Assembly (NCBI RefSeq): GCF_018350175.1
Contig: NC_058368.1
Coordinates: 85,376,001 to 85,440,000 of the forward strand
Direction of reading: 5' to 3'
From: Felis catus
Taxonomy: Eukaryota
DNA: 64,000 nucleotides
Position numbers and translations under genes: made by a program. Position 1 is the stretch's first letter. The number at the start of each line of letters is the position of its first letter. Below, piece by piece: positions 1 to 12,570 of the stretch. The notes below the pieces were generated by a model that made no database searches, was not told the DNA's origin, and worked only from the letters and a program-made list of their open reading frames with translations.

Positions 1-234
1 ATAACAAAACTACAATAACAAAACAAAATGAAAAAAATCTCTGATGGACATCAAACTTGGAAACTAAGAATAGCAACAACAACATTTTTTTAAAGCAGGT
101 ACATATGGAAGCAATGGTTTTCTTTTCTCACCTATGGGTTTTGTCTGATAAAGAAGTCAGACAAAGCATATCTCCTATGACATCTTGAGGAAATTTATCC
201 ATTCTCCTCACAAAGAGTATTTGTGGATGCTTTG

Positions 235-310
235 CTCTCTCTGTCTCTCTCTGTCTCTCTGTGTGCACGTGCATGTGTGTGTGTGTGTGTGTGTGTGTGC
301 ATGTGTGTGT
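235..310. repeat. (CT)n-(TG)n compound microsatellite
   Basis: Directly visible in the sequence. Confidence 0.9.
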
Positions 311-1995
311 AAAGCTTTGTGCTGAGCTAACCTGTATGTCCACTGTTGTCCTTTCTTGCCCAGGTGGATACAATGCTCAGCCACTGTAATCACTCTTTGT
401 TATATACATTTAACGTGTCACTTTTCTTTACTTTCCTTTTCTTCACTGTCAGAGCTAGTCCTGGTTAAAGGCAACATCCACCTGCCATACATGAGCTTCC
501 ATGCAATAAAGGAAATGAGAGACAACACATAATGTTGCTATTTCAAAATTCATAACCAATAACTCCAGTGTGTCTCTAGTGCCATGGAACAATGAGTGCA
601 CACTTCCTGCATCTATTTACTCTTCCATTCTCCTCAGTGACTATTTCCTATGTGTTTTTCTCTTTTCGAACTTTCAACACTTCCTTGTCTATCTATGCCT
701 TTGGCAAAGTTCTGAAGAGAACACTAAAATCCTCCAATGGGAATATCCAAATGCTCAGACCACTAAATTCCCTAACCTCCTTTTGTTCCTCTGTGTCTGT
801 TTCCTACGACTTACTCCAAATAAGAGGGCCACTTCTTCTCACCTGGATTCTTTGATAGTCTCCTTACAGCCCTCTGTATCCATCTGCCCTGGTTTAGGAA
901 ATTCTCAATAAAGCAGCCAGAATGAGACTTTGAAACACAGTGCAGAGTGTGTCACTCCTCCGCTCAAAGCCAACAGTGGTACTCAGCCTCCAGAGTGTCA
1001 TGGGAGCATACGGTCCTGTGAATCATTCCTGACAAGTGAATAAAATAACGTGGCCAACCGATTTATCCACGCATCAGGAACCAATTGTTCTGTCAATTCA
1101 GTGTTGTTTCAGTTTACTAGTTTTGCTGTCTTCTGTTTCCTCCTTACATACTTGAGCAAAATCTTTAGGAAGATTATCTTCATTTGACCAGGAAAAAATC
1201 ATATAGAATGAAAATGATACTGTAACAAAATCTATGCCCTTGTTATCAGGGATATAATATTGGATGTGTCTTATACATCTTGAACTATATAATATGTGAT
1301 TTCTTAAAGCCTAAGAAAGAAAAGCCAAAGACTTCACAGTGTATGAGACCCTACTTGTTGTCTCCTCCCATCTCCTCTGCAATCTCTTTGTATACTTTTT
1401 CCTATTCTGCTTCCAGAATTCCAGCTCCCTCAGTATTGTTCAAACAACATGGGTCTTTTTTTTTTTTTTGAGAGAGCATGAACCAGAGAGAGGGGCAGAG
1501 GGAGAGAGAGAATACCAGTCAGGCTGCACACTAAGTGCAGAACCCAACACAGGGCTCAATCTCACGACTGGGATCATGACCTGAGACCAAATCAAGAGTG
1601 TGATGCTCAACTGACTGAGCCACCTAGGTGCCCCAAATAGCATAAGTCTTGACTCCCTTTCTATTCAACACATTCAGTTTTTGGGGACATTATACCTGTA
1701 TATTTCTAAGTGGCTTATATCCTTTCAGTCTGCTCAGATATCACCAATTCCATGACACCTTCTCTAAGCCATTCTGGGAGCTTAGGACATCAATTCAAGA
1801 TTCAAATGCTAGAAGTACCTTAATTATACTGAAGTAAAAAAAATATTTAAAAATATAAAATAAAACAAATAAAAATGAAAAGGTCTGCCTCCCAAAATTC
1901 TGAGTCCACTTTAGCAGCCAGTATAAGCTTAGATGTAATTCTGTAGCTCTTTTTGAAATTATATGAAAATAAACATTAAAAAATGTTATTGTTGT

Positions 1996-2206
1996 GGGGC
2001 GCCTGAGTGGCTCAGTCAAGCATCTGACTTCTGCTCAAGTCATGATCTCACAGCTTATGAGTTTGATCCTCACACCAGGCTCTGTGCTGACAGCTCAGCT
2101 CATAGCTTGGAGCCTGCTTTGGATTCTGAGTCTCCCTCTTTCTCTGCCTGTCCCCCGCTCACATCCTCTCTCTTTCAAAAATAAATAAACATTAAAAAAT
2201 AATTTT
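1996..2206 (+). mobile_element. CAN-SINE
   Basis: GGGGCGCCTGAGTGGCTCAGTC head and A-tail. TSD AAAAATGTTATT(G/A)TTG. Confidence 0.88.
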
Positions 2207-3267
2207 AAAAATGTTATTATTGCAATCTTGCCTAGGACCAACTAAATGGCCTTTGACTCCCTAAGAATTCTTTCTTGATTACTTTCTGTTACTACAGATT
2301 TATATGCTAGGCAATTGAGGTAAAATCATTTACTTAGTTTTTACATCAGCAAAGGCTCCAACTGCCTTGGTAGTGAGGAATAATTTATTGAAGTCTATAA
2401 TTTTAGAATTCAACATCAAAAACCAAAGCAAACACTACAATAGCGTTTATGTCACGTGACACTAAAATATACACCATGTTGATTTCCATCTGAAAACCTT
2501 TGTGCCTATCTACATGAACCTCCCTTACCTGTCTTTCTTCCCAACGTGGAGAGCCCTAATGTGCCACTGCTCCACAACCTGCCTTGCCCTCCTCATACCC
2601 AAATTTGGGCTTTCTTCCTGCAAGTTGGAATTTGCCATGTCCTCTGCTGGGGTTTGATGCTGGGTGAAGCAGGCTTTTCCTCTCAATAACTGGGTGTCTT
2701 GGGGACCTGACCCTTCTGAGAATCCTGGTCCCCAGATATTTTTCTGTAATTTGTTGATCAAGTTAGTAAACAATGGAATGAATCTTCTGAGATTCAACCC
2801 TGCCCACTGAGGCTTGGATATCTATAATACATTCAGGATAGATGAATTTTTACATTCTTTTGGAGTTTTTTTTTTAATTAGAATTTGTCTCAAAAATTGA
2901 ATCAAACAAGAATTCTTTGCTAAAATATTGCAAGCAAGCAAATGGTGAATCACCTATCCTGAGAATTGGACATTTGACAGTCACTTTTTGTTAAGTGGCA
3001 TTTTGCCATCATATTTTAATTGCAATTACATCTAAATGAAAAGCAAAAACATAATTTATGATTAAAATTTAATTAATTCATGCAACAAAAGCAGTCAGTA
3101 CCCAAGCTTAATCTAAATGTGACTCTGTCAGTTTAACAACAAAAATATGCAGTATCTGAGTTTGTCTGAGAGGTTGTCTTAGTTTGGGTTTTGGAAGATG
3201 GAATTGGAACAGAAAAGGTTCTCAATCTGCCTGTGGCATAGCAAGACTAAAAACAAAACCAAACAGA

Positions 3268-3705
3268 AGATGTGCCAAATATATACAATGGAATATGAGT
3301 TGGTGATCAAAAAGAATGACATCTTGCCATTTGCAACAATGTGGGTGTAACTAGAGTGTATCATGCTAAGCGAAATAAGTCAGAAAGACAGATATTATAT
3401 GATTTCACTTGTGTGTGGAATTTAAGAAACACAACAGATGAAAACAGGGGAAGGGAATGAAAAATAAGATAAAAACAGAGAGGGAGGTAAGTCATAAAAG
3501 ACTCAAATACAGAGAACAATCTGAGAGGGTTCTTGGAGGGGAGGTTGGTGGGGGATGGGTTAAATGGTTAATGGGTATTAAGGAGGGTACTTGTTGGGAT
3601 GAGCACTGGGTTTTATATGTAAGTGATGAATCACTGAATTCTACTCCTGAAGCCAATAGTATACTGTATGTTGCCTAACTTGAATTTAAATAAATTAATA
3701 AAAAA
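3268..3705 (+). mobile_element. LINE-1 3' end fragment (carnivore L1)
   Basis: L1 ORF2-end and 3'UTR signature ATATATACAATGGAATAT...AAAAAGAATGA..TCTTGCCATTTGCAACAA...ATGCTAAGCGAAATAAGTCAG, ending in an A-rich tail. Confidence 0.85.
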
Positions 3706-3854
3706 TATAAAGTCATACAAAGTAAAAAAAAACACTAAACAAAAACTAAAATAAAACAACAACAAGCAAAACACACACACACACACACATAAATCCAAGT
3801 GTATGACAGGCATTATAATCTGATGCATTGATATGTTATTTAATTAATATATAT

Positions 3855-3891
3855 TTTTAATTTTTAATTTGTTTTAATATTATTTATTTTT

Positions 3892-3935
<44 letters not shown>

Positions 3936-4099
3936 GCAAGTGGGGGAGGGGCAGAGAGAAAAGGGGACAGAATCTGAAGCAGGCTCCAGGGTTCGAGCAG
4001 TCAGCACAGAGCCCCATGCAGGGCTAGAACTCATGAACTGTGAGATCATGACCTAAGCATAAGTTGGATGCTCAACTGAATGAGCCACCCAGGTGCCCC
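3855..4099 (-). mobile_element. CAN-SINE
   Basis: T-rich tail, (GA)n, ending ...GAGCCACCCAGGTGCCCC. Confidence 0.88.
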
Positions 4100-4473
4100 A
4101 ATATAACTTTTTTTAAATAATATGATTCATGTGTATAGTTTTCAGAAAACTTGGAAATAGAAAGATGTAGACAAAAGTATCAGTAAATTTATTTTGGTGT
4201 GATGCACATATATGGATGTTTATTTTTAAGTCAACATCTTTCTTAATATGTAGTAAGTTACAGTAAAAATAATTTTAAATGAGAAACTGTGGTGAAATAA
4301 AATGCATAGCAAATGGCCTTGGGATGCTCCTTCGGATGTGTTGTATACCATACTATCAGAAGCTATGGTGCACACAGGTAATAAAATATTAGCAAGAATA
4401 TCCAGGTTACTTGGGGGTTGGCTTTATAGTACTGTCTTCCAGAGTTATCTACCTGATGTCTTACCTTCCAAAC

Positions 4474-4475
<2 letters not shown>

Positions 4476-4511
<36 letters not shown>
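4476..4511. repeat. (TG)n microsatellite
   Basis: Perfect TG array. Confidence 0.95.
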
Positions 4512-4513
<2 letters not shown>

Positions 4514-5454
4514 CTACATATGGGTAATACAGTTGGGTCAGTACTGTATAGCCTATATCCTGGCTGTTTTTATAGCTAATTTTATATAGTCTATATATCT
4601 TGGCATTTTTGACACTACTTTTACAACTAATTTCCATAATAGCTGTTTTATAGTGCTATTAAATTTGGGAAAACAAAGTTAAGCACCATTTATAAATGAC
4701 ATAGTCTTACGTGAGGTGGGTTTTTCATATCCCCCCCATCCCCTGCCTTTCTTAAGAAAGCTCCATGCACAGTATGGAGCCCAATGCAGGACTCAAACCT
4801 ACAACCTTGAGGATCAAGACCTGAGCCAAGGTCACGAGTAAGACGCTTAACACACTCAGCCACCCAGTCACCCCTGGGCTTTTCATATCTAATCTCAAAT
4901 CCAGATTTTTAATTCCTGTATGTTTGCAGAAAAAAGAAAAAAAGACATGACAGAGTTTTCAAAGCAGATATATACTTTGACAGTTTTCTCTAGTACTTTT
5001 ATCTATACACCTCAGCCACAGCTCTACTCATGGAAATGGAAGAGTGTCCATTCCTACAAAGATCATCACTGCCAATGCATGAGGGACAGCCAGCCAGAGG
5101 GCGCATGGAACATGAGCAATATATATATATATATATACCTACTACCAGAAAGTGTCAGGCTTCACAAATCAGCTTGGCTGCCTAGTGAGAGCGAACCATG
5201 GGAGATAGGGGGCACCAGGAAGCTTCTTTCTATCATTTAAGCATGTTGTGACAGCGTGGGTGTCTCTTCTCTGGCAAGAGAAGATATTAGAGCACAGGTG
5301 GATAGACATCGCCTCTATGACTAAGGTGGATAATGAGAATTAAAAACATATCATTAAATATATAAATTGCAAGCTATGGTTACATTTGTAGGTTTCAAAT
5401 GATATTAATGACATAAACACTTAGAAACCTACAAATGTGTACCTTAAGAACTTA

Positions 5455-5665
5455 ATTTAAATTTTTTAATGTTTTATTTATTTTTGAGAGACAGACAGAC
5501 CACGAGAGAAGGAGCAGCAGAGAGAGAGGGAGCCACAAAATCTGAAACAGTCTCCGGGCTCTGAGCTGTCAGCACAGTGCCGGATGCAGGGCTTGAGCTC
5601 AGGAACCATGAGATCATGACCCCAGCTGAAGTCAGACTTAACCAACTGAGCCACCCAGGCACCCC
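5455..5665 (-). mobile_element. CAN-SINE
   Basis: Typical reverse CAN-SINE ending GAGCCACCCAGGCACCCC. Confidence 0.88.
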
Positions 5666-8640
5666 AATAACTTAATTTTTGAGGTCTCTTTCTGTGTCTC
5701 TCCTTCACTGGGTCATCTTTCCCTCACTACTGCTGGCCCTCAGTTATCTTGGGTATTCTATCCAGTAGCTTTTATTTCCCAGAAGCATCATGGCTTCTGA
5801 TAGTGCAATACACAATCTATCCTAACAAATGTTTATGATGGCCATTTGCTCTGTATTTTATTTCATAGTGCAGGAAGAATTCTGTTATTGATTTCTTATT
5901 TCAAAAATTATAAGCTTATTTTAACTAAAGTTTATTGCATATTAATTAACAATATTGTTGCCTTAAAAATAAATATCCATTTCTATGTATCACATCAAAA
6001 CAAATTTACAGATAATTTTAAATATTCAAATTTTCATCCAGAATAACATTTTAAAATTCCTCTTTTATATTGCCCAGTAAAGTTGATATTTTAGAGTTTT
6101 TTTTCATTGATTTGTTTATCAATGCACAGAGAAATTTGAAATTCAGTAGTTATCACTTTGATATGAAGGATTATGTGAAAATTATAGATATTAAATAGTA
6201 ACCAATATATATTCATACAGATATAGATAAAAACGGATGCTTAGAACTAATCAAATGTTACTAAAAATCCTTTCAAATGTTTCAGAAATCCTTTCAAATG
6301 AAAAAAATTTGATAATATCCCATTGTATTAACAACGTAATTTCAATGTAAAATGAAAAATAACCATTCTTTTATTATATAATAGAACCAATATTTCTTGA
6401 CCATTTGTTTAATTTGAGTCATGGTGCTTTATATGTATTACTTCATCTCACATTAACAATAGGTCTACATATTGGGCACCAATCTACAAGTAAGAAAGCT
6501 AAGGCCTAGAAATAAGTGATTCAATCAAGGTAACTGAGCTTAAGGACAGTACGAAACCATAAATTCCAACTAGAATGTCTGGATATAGAGGCCATGTTGG
6601 AACAGAGTTCTTTCTTGCTTCTTTAGGTATAGAGTGATAGAGCCTTGTCTTATGAAATATACTTGTTTACAAAATAAGGAAGGAGAGGCAAGTATGTGTA
6701 AATCAATAGACGACTCACATTTAACCATGGAGACAGACAGCTTCATTTGCAGCCTTCCTGTAACCCACTGCCTTTACTTTTGAGTGTATTCTTGAGAAAC
6801 TCCTAGACAATATGGTACGTGCTCAATGGTGAAAGTGGTGAAGTTTTACAATTATGGAATGAAAAAGAAGTGGGAGTATCTCATCTGATTTGAAGAATAT
6901 AAACATGGATGATTTTATAGGAGATATTAAATAGTTTTATAAAAGAAGTTAAAACGACTCTATTTCATCTTAAAAGTAGAGATGCCATTAACAGATAGTG
7001 CCTTTAGCAAAATATATTTTCATTCAATAAAAACAAGGACATTCTAAAACTCAGGGTTGATATTGTTCAAACTCAGGAAATATCATCACTTGCCTAGGTA
7101 TTATACAGGGAAACAATTATTGAATAGAGAGAATAGATATCCAAGTGTTTTGAAAAATGTGATTCTATGATATCATAGACAAAAGGTTTTTTTTTTTTTA
7201 ATTAAATTAGGGGCATAGTTTTCTGACAACATCTAAATTCAACTTTATCAGTATGATACTGCCTTTGTAGGACTACAGAAATGAGGGGGATTTTCCAGAA
7301 TGCATTCATCACAGACCTTTATTTCCAAAGTGGAGTCACCACCTCCCTAAAATGCCATTCTAATCCCGTAACATTGTTTATCTTTTATAGGGGCTTGAAG
7401 AATGAAGGATGGAGACAGAATTCTCAGTCCATCAATTTAAATTATTTACAGAGTTATTTTCAAATCTGTTTAACTTTTTTTTTTTGTAAAATAACAATGA
7501 GAATTATCCAAACATTATATCTCATTGCTTGTTGCATTCTGTACATATTCATATAATGTGGTTAGTCCATTATGGGTATAAGGGATGCTTTGTGCTATAT
7601 TTGCAATACAGTGATTGATGATGTTGTATTTTTTAGAAATCCCTAATATCCAAGGACAAACTTGGGCAATGTGTTTTTTTAATAATTTACAGCTACTCTC
7701 TAGATTCAAGTAACCGAAAAAAGCTGATGAAATAATTGAAGCAACCAGCCAAAAGCCAGTACAGATGTCAATGATTATTCTTTTCAAGACAGCCATGTTT
7801 TAAAATAAGCAGATAATGTGTTATTATCTTGATAAACCTTCCAGCACATAATGATGAAGAAAACGTTGGCTTCTGAACATCTCCATGTTGAACAGACTAT
7901 AGAGACAAGGAAATTCAGAACAATTACCTCTGCATGGAACTGAACAGATTATGTCCCCAAAGATTTTCACTTTCCTTACTTTCTCTCAGGTGCATTATAT
8001 GACTGGGGAGTGAGGGTTTTAGGCAAGACTTGTTGAGTGTGTATTAGATGCCAGGCCCTCCAAGCACAAAAACCCATATAAGGCTTGTGTAAGGACCCAT
8101 TTCACCCACAAAGACAGTCAGAGAGGCTTGCATAACTCACCAGGGTCACCAGAGGGATATTTGCATAACAAAATGCCACTCACCAGGGTCAGAGCACCAA
8201 TATTTGAATGCAGATCTATTTCAGCTTCAAATCCGTAGTAATGTTCTGGTCTTAGGGCAATTCTGAGAATTGTACCAGCAATATTAGTGGAATCAAGCTC
8301 AAAGGATACCAAAGGAAATGAGTAAATGCTCATTATACTAATGATAGAAGGTTTGTTATCCTGCTGGCTAATGCAGGAGCTACCCAGAGACAAAAATGAG
8401 GAAGAAACTTATATCTGCAGTAAAAAGAATTTCTACCACAGAAGTGGTGAGGTGGCATCTGAGGGGATGGGTGGTTAAAAAAGCCCTCCTCAGGGAACTA
8501 GGAAGAGTGTGCAGACATAGCTCCTGGGGCTGATACCAAGACACTCATCTAGGAAGATCTGCTTTTCAGCGAAACTACTTTACAATTGTTTCTGATTTTT
8601 TTTTTTAATTTTACTTTTAAGAGGCCCAAACCAGATATTA

Positions 8641-9070
8641 CAGGTATTCCCTGCTTTTTCAAAGTGTGAATTTCTACATTTGGCTTTTATGAGAGACATA
8701 CATCTGCTTTTGCTAACCAAAAGAAATCTGAGGAGGATTTTCACTTTTACAAAAAATGGTGAAAAGCAAAAATCACATTCATTGTTTGTTTTTTAGGGAG
8801 CCATTACAGAGGTAGCATGCACCCTGTGCACAAGAGTGGCCCCACCAAGCTCCTTCCCCAGGAACTATACTCAGCATCAAGCCACCATAGCTTTGAACTT
8901 TGTGAGCCTCTGTGCTTTATCTCTATTTAGTTTTGTGAGTTTGTCAGCAAGATGCATCCCTACCAGACAAGCCTAAGATTATTTTGTGGGTCTGGGAATC
9001 TTCAAAAATGTTTCTGTGTAAGTTTTTTTTTTTAATGCTATTTCAGTTCATGAAAGGTTTCATATGAACA
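8641..9070. mobile_element. TcMar-Tigger-like DNA transposon remnant
   Basis: Starts TA|CAGGTATTCCCTGCTTTTTCAAAGT, and the body resembles a CpG-decayed Tigger-type element. Subfamily is uncertain. Confidence 0.55.
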
Positions 9071-9773
9071 TTACACTTCTTTACTTATACTTTCAGAAAA
9101 CGTTCACTTATTTTTTAAAAAAATGAGGCTAAACTTGGTAATTTTTTTTTTAAATTAAGTGCTTTGTGTCCTGCTATTTCCACTCTTGGGAAACCCTCTT
9201 CAAATATCACCATGAATTCTTCCTGATTTCTCTCTCACCCTGCCACTAATTAAAACTATGTTCTCTTCTCTTTTAAATCTTATAGGAAGCTGGAAAAAAT
9301 TCTCTTTTATGTCTCATTTTTTTCTCCTTATGCTATAATGGGTTTGTAGAAGACTCTTGAATTCAGGCATTCTTAGCATAGGGCCTATTATGTGAGTGCT
9401 AAGTGACAATGCATATGTTTGTAACAAAATGATTTAGAACAATAGCATTATATGAAACACTGGATTCCATACTAGACCATTAATTGTGAGTGTGTGAAAA
9501 TCTACATATAAATGAGGAAATGCCTCAGTGCCTTTTCTCATGTAGAATGGAAATAGACTAAGGGGTTGGGATAACATTGCACTCATTGAAGAGTCTTTCA
9601 TGGGCCTTGCTTGGTGTGGCCAGAGAGGTCTAGAAGGTCTATTGGATACAGATTAATGGAATCTATATAAATACAATTGAGTCCAGGCTGCCTCTACAAT
9701 TTTGGAGAAACATATGTGTACCATTTCCCCCCACGTCTCCAGCCATACTGGAGCATCCCTGAGGACAAAGCCT

Positions 9774-9945
9774 CTAATTCACAGTGACCCATAGAGCTCC
9801 AATACCCAAACCACTAGGAAAGACAACAGCAGGGGCTGGGCATAAATCTGTCGTCAGTACTAATTCACAGTGACCCATAGGGCTTCGACACCCAAACCAC
9901 TAAAAAAGACAACAGCGAGGGCTGGGTATAAATCTGTCATCAGTA
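9774..9945. repeat. Tandem duplication, 2 x 86 bp, 88% identical
   Basis: Units 9774-9859 and 9860-9945 align without gaps, with 10 mismatches. Confidence 0.95.
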
Positions 9946-12530
9946 ACCATTACCCACAAATAAAAATCTAAACATATTTGCATAGCATGCAACACTGGTC
10001 ATCAGCTGGTCTTGCCTCAGTCCCAGTCTGAACAGGAGCCACATCAAACTACAGGAAGTTCCAAGACACCCAATGTTGCTTCATACCTCCCTGGATTTTG
10101 CACTTGTGTTTATTCTGGCCTGATTCCACCAGAAGTACAGAGGCAAGCTGACAGTCCAGGTCTTCCTGGACACTGTGTTCCAGTAGTAGTTACTTTATGA
10201 ACTTTTTCAGACCCCTTTCTCCACATGCATACACATACATGGTATCTTCATTCTGGTTGTCCTGCTTGTCCATCCTACAAACGCCTGGTAACATGTGCCA
10301 TCACCTTGTTATTTTGGCCATGTGCCAGTTCTCTCTTATAGCTGGATGTAACTCTGAGTTCTTCCTCTTAATTTTTTTAATGTTTATTTATTTTTAAAAA
10401 AGAGACAGAGACAGAGACAGGCTCCACACTGTCAGTGCAGAGTCTGATGCAGGGCTTGAACTCATGAACCGTGAGAGATCACGACCTGAGCCCAAATCAA
10501 CAGTCAGGTGCTTTACGGACTGAGCCACGCAGGTGCCCTCTTAATTAGCTCTGCATTTGATCCCAATACCTGGCTCCACGTTCCTAACCCCATCTACGGA
10601 GGAGGAGTATCATATCTGCACAGGCCTGCAGAGGACACTAGCATCATCATCAAACATTAGACATAGAAGTACAGTTAAGACAGGGTCTGCTTCCACTCTC
10701 TGCATGTGTTCCCATCTCAGATATCTCCTAATATATGGATGGGGTTTACAACATTTCTTTCAGAGAAAGATTGCATATCTCACCTGGGACATTGTATTTG
10801 TTATTTTATTCCAGAAACTACATGGGGCCCTTACTCTGGGCAAACCCAGAGTGAAGGGACTTTGGAATAAAAATATGAACAGGATACATTTTTGTCCTTC
10901 AATACATCAAATTAATTACAAGAAAATTATAATGTAAGTCACTTTTTAAATATAAATTTACTGGGGCTGGCTCAGTCTGTTAAGCATCTGAATTCAGCTC
11001 AGGTCATGATCTCATAGTTCATGGGTTCGAGCCCTGCAACAGACCCTGATTTGGATCCTCTGTCTCCCTTTCTCTGCCCCTCCCCTGCTCACTACCCACC
11101 CTCCCCTCTCAAAAATAAAAGTAATAAACATTAACAAAAATATATATAACATTACTACATAAGTCTTTATCTGTCAACAAGCACAGACAGAGCTCATGTG
11201 TGTGTGAAACGGGCCAAGCGGTGGCATTTGCCCACTGTACCCTTGGTTCTCCCTTACAGTCATGAGGAAACTTCTCTACTTCAACTTTTCTTTTTGGATT
11301 CCTTCCATGAAAACACAGAGGCACACTGGATGCAGGTGCCTCTTACCTAACTAGGAAAACTGAGGCTGTGTCCATAGAAGACATTTGAAAATGTTAGCTC
11401 AATGACTCACCAATGTAGTCTCTGGGGAAAAAGGAACCACAAAAATGCAGGGTGTAACTGCTGAATGAAAACCAACCAAGATCCTTTTAAAAGCCACAAA
11501 CAGGAAGTAATGTGCTCTGTCAGTGGCTGTTGCTTTTGAGGTTTGCACTTTTTTTTTTCCTGTGGAGTAGGATGAGCTTGGGTCCAGGAGATAGTGAATC
11601 CCCAGAGCTGAGGCAAATGGTATGGCCAGGGAGGGCTGAGAGTCCTGGTGAAAGGACATAGAACTCAAACTGGGGGAGAAAATATGGATGTCTGAGAGAG
11701 CCTTCTTTTATGCCTAAGAAGTTAGGAAAGGTGATTAGGGAGGAATACTAAAAAGGTGGAGGACCCCATATTGTTAGAGATGGCAGGACACAAATGGAGA
11801 GAATTAGAGAAGGAATATTAGTGAGGTTTGGGGGAGGGCATTTGGAGCTATGCAACCTGAAAAAGAGCCCAAAGTAAGAGAGGAGCTCACCAAAATATGG
11901 TTGTATCAACACACAGAGGTGTTTTATTCACCTTAGAAGAAAGATCATGAGAAAATACAAATTTAAGTTAGACCAACCCTATTAAATAAGACAGTGCTCA
12001 GGGAGTCCCTTCACATAGCATTTTAATTACAATGAAATCAAATTATAATCCAGTCCACAATTTATCTGTACAAGGGAATGTGTTTTTCTAACAGCAATGA
12101 AGGCACAGACCTCATTCCTAGGCTAACAAGTCTGGAGACAAAACAGATCTTAAACGCTGCTAGCCTAGAATCAGTGGGAAGAAATGCCATCTGACATCAA
12201 TTCACTTACTCTGCCTCACCCTTCTGAAAACCACTGTGATTCTTAAACTGGAAGCCAGCAAGCTTCTCTAAGCCTCCTAGGAATTAGGAAATCTACACGC
12301 AAGTGAGCTGTGTTATGAATTCATCCATACATTTGAGCAAATATATTGTTTTATTGTCTCCCAATAAAATGCAAAGGTTTCTAGCATCACTGAGAGTCTC
12401 AGGAATATAAATAAAAAAAAACTAATATTTGTAAACTTTAGAAAAATATAGAACTCGCTTTTTAATTTTTTTTTTGCTTTATTCATTTTTAGAGACAGAG
12501 AGAACACAACTGGGAGAGGGGCGCAGGAGG

Positions 12531-12570
<40 letters not shown>

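Noticed and set aside
1996..2070. tRNA-like A/B-box sequences at SINE heads
   Set aside because: They are tRNA-derived CAN-SINE heads, not tRNA genes.
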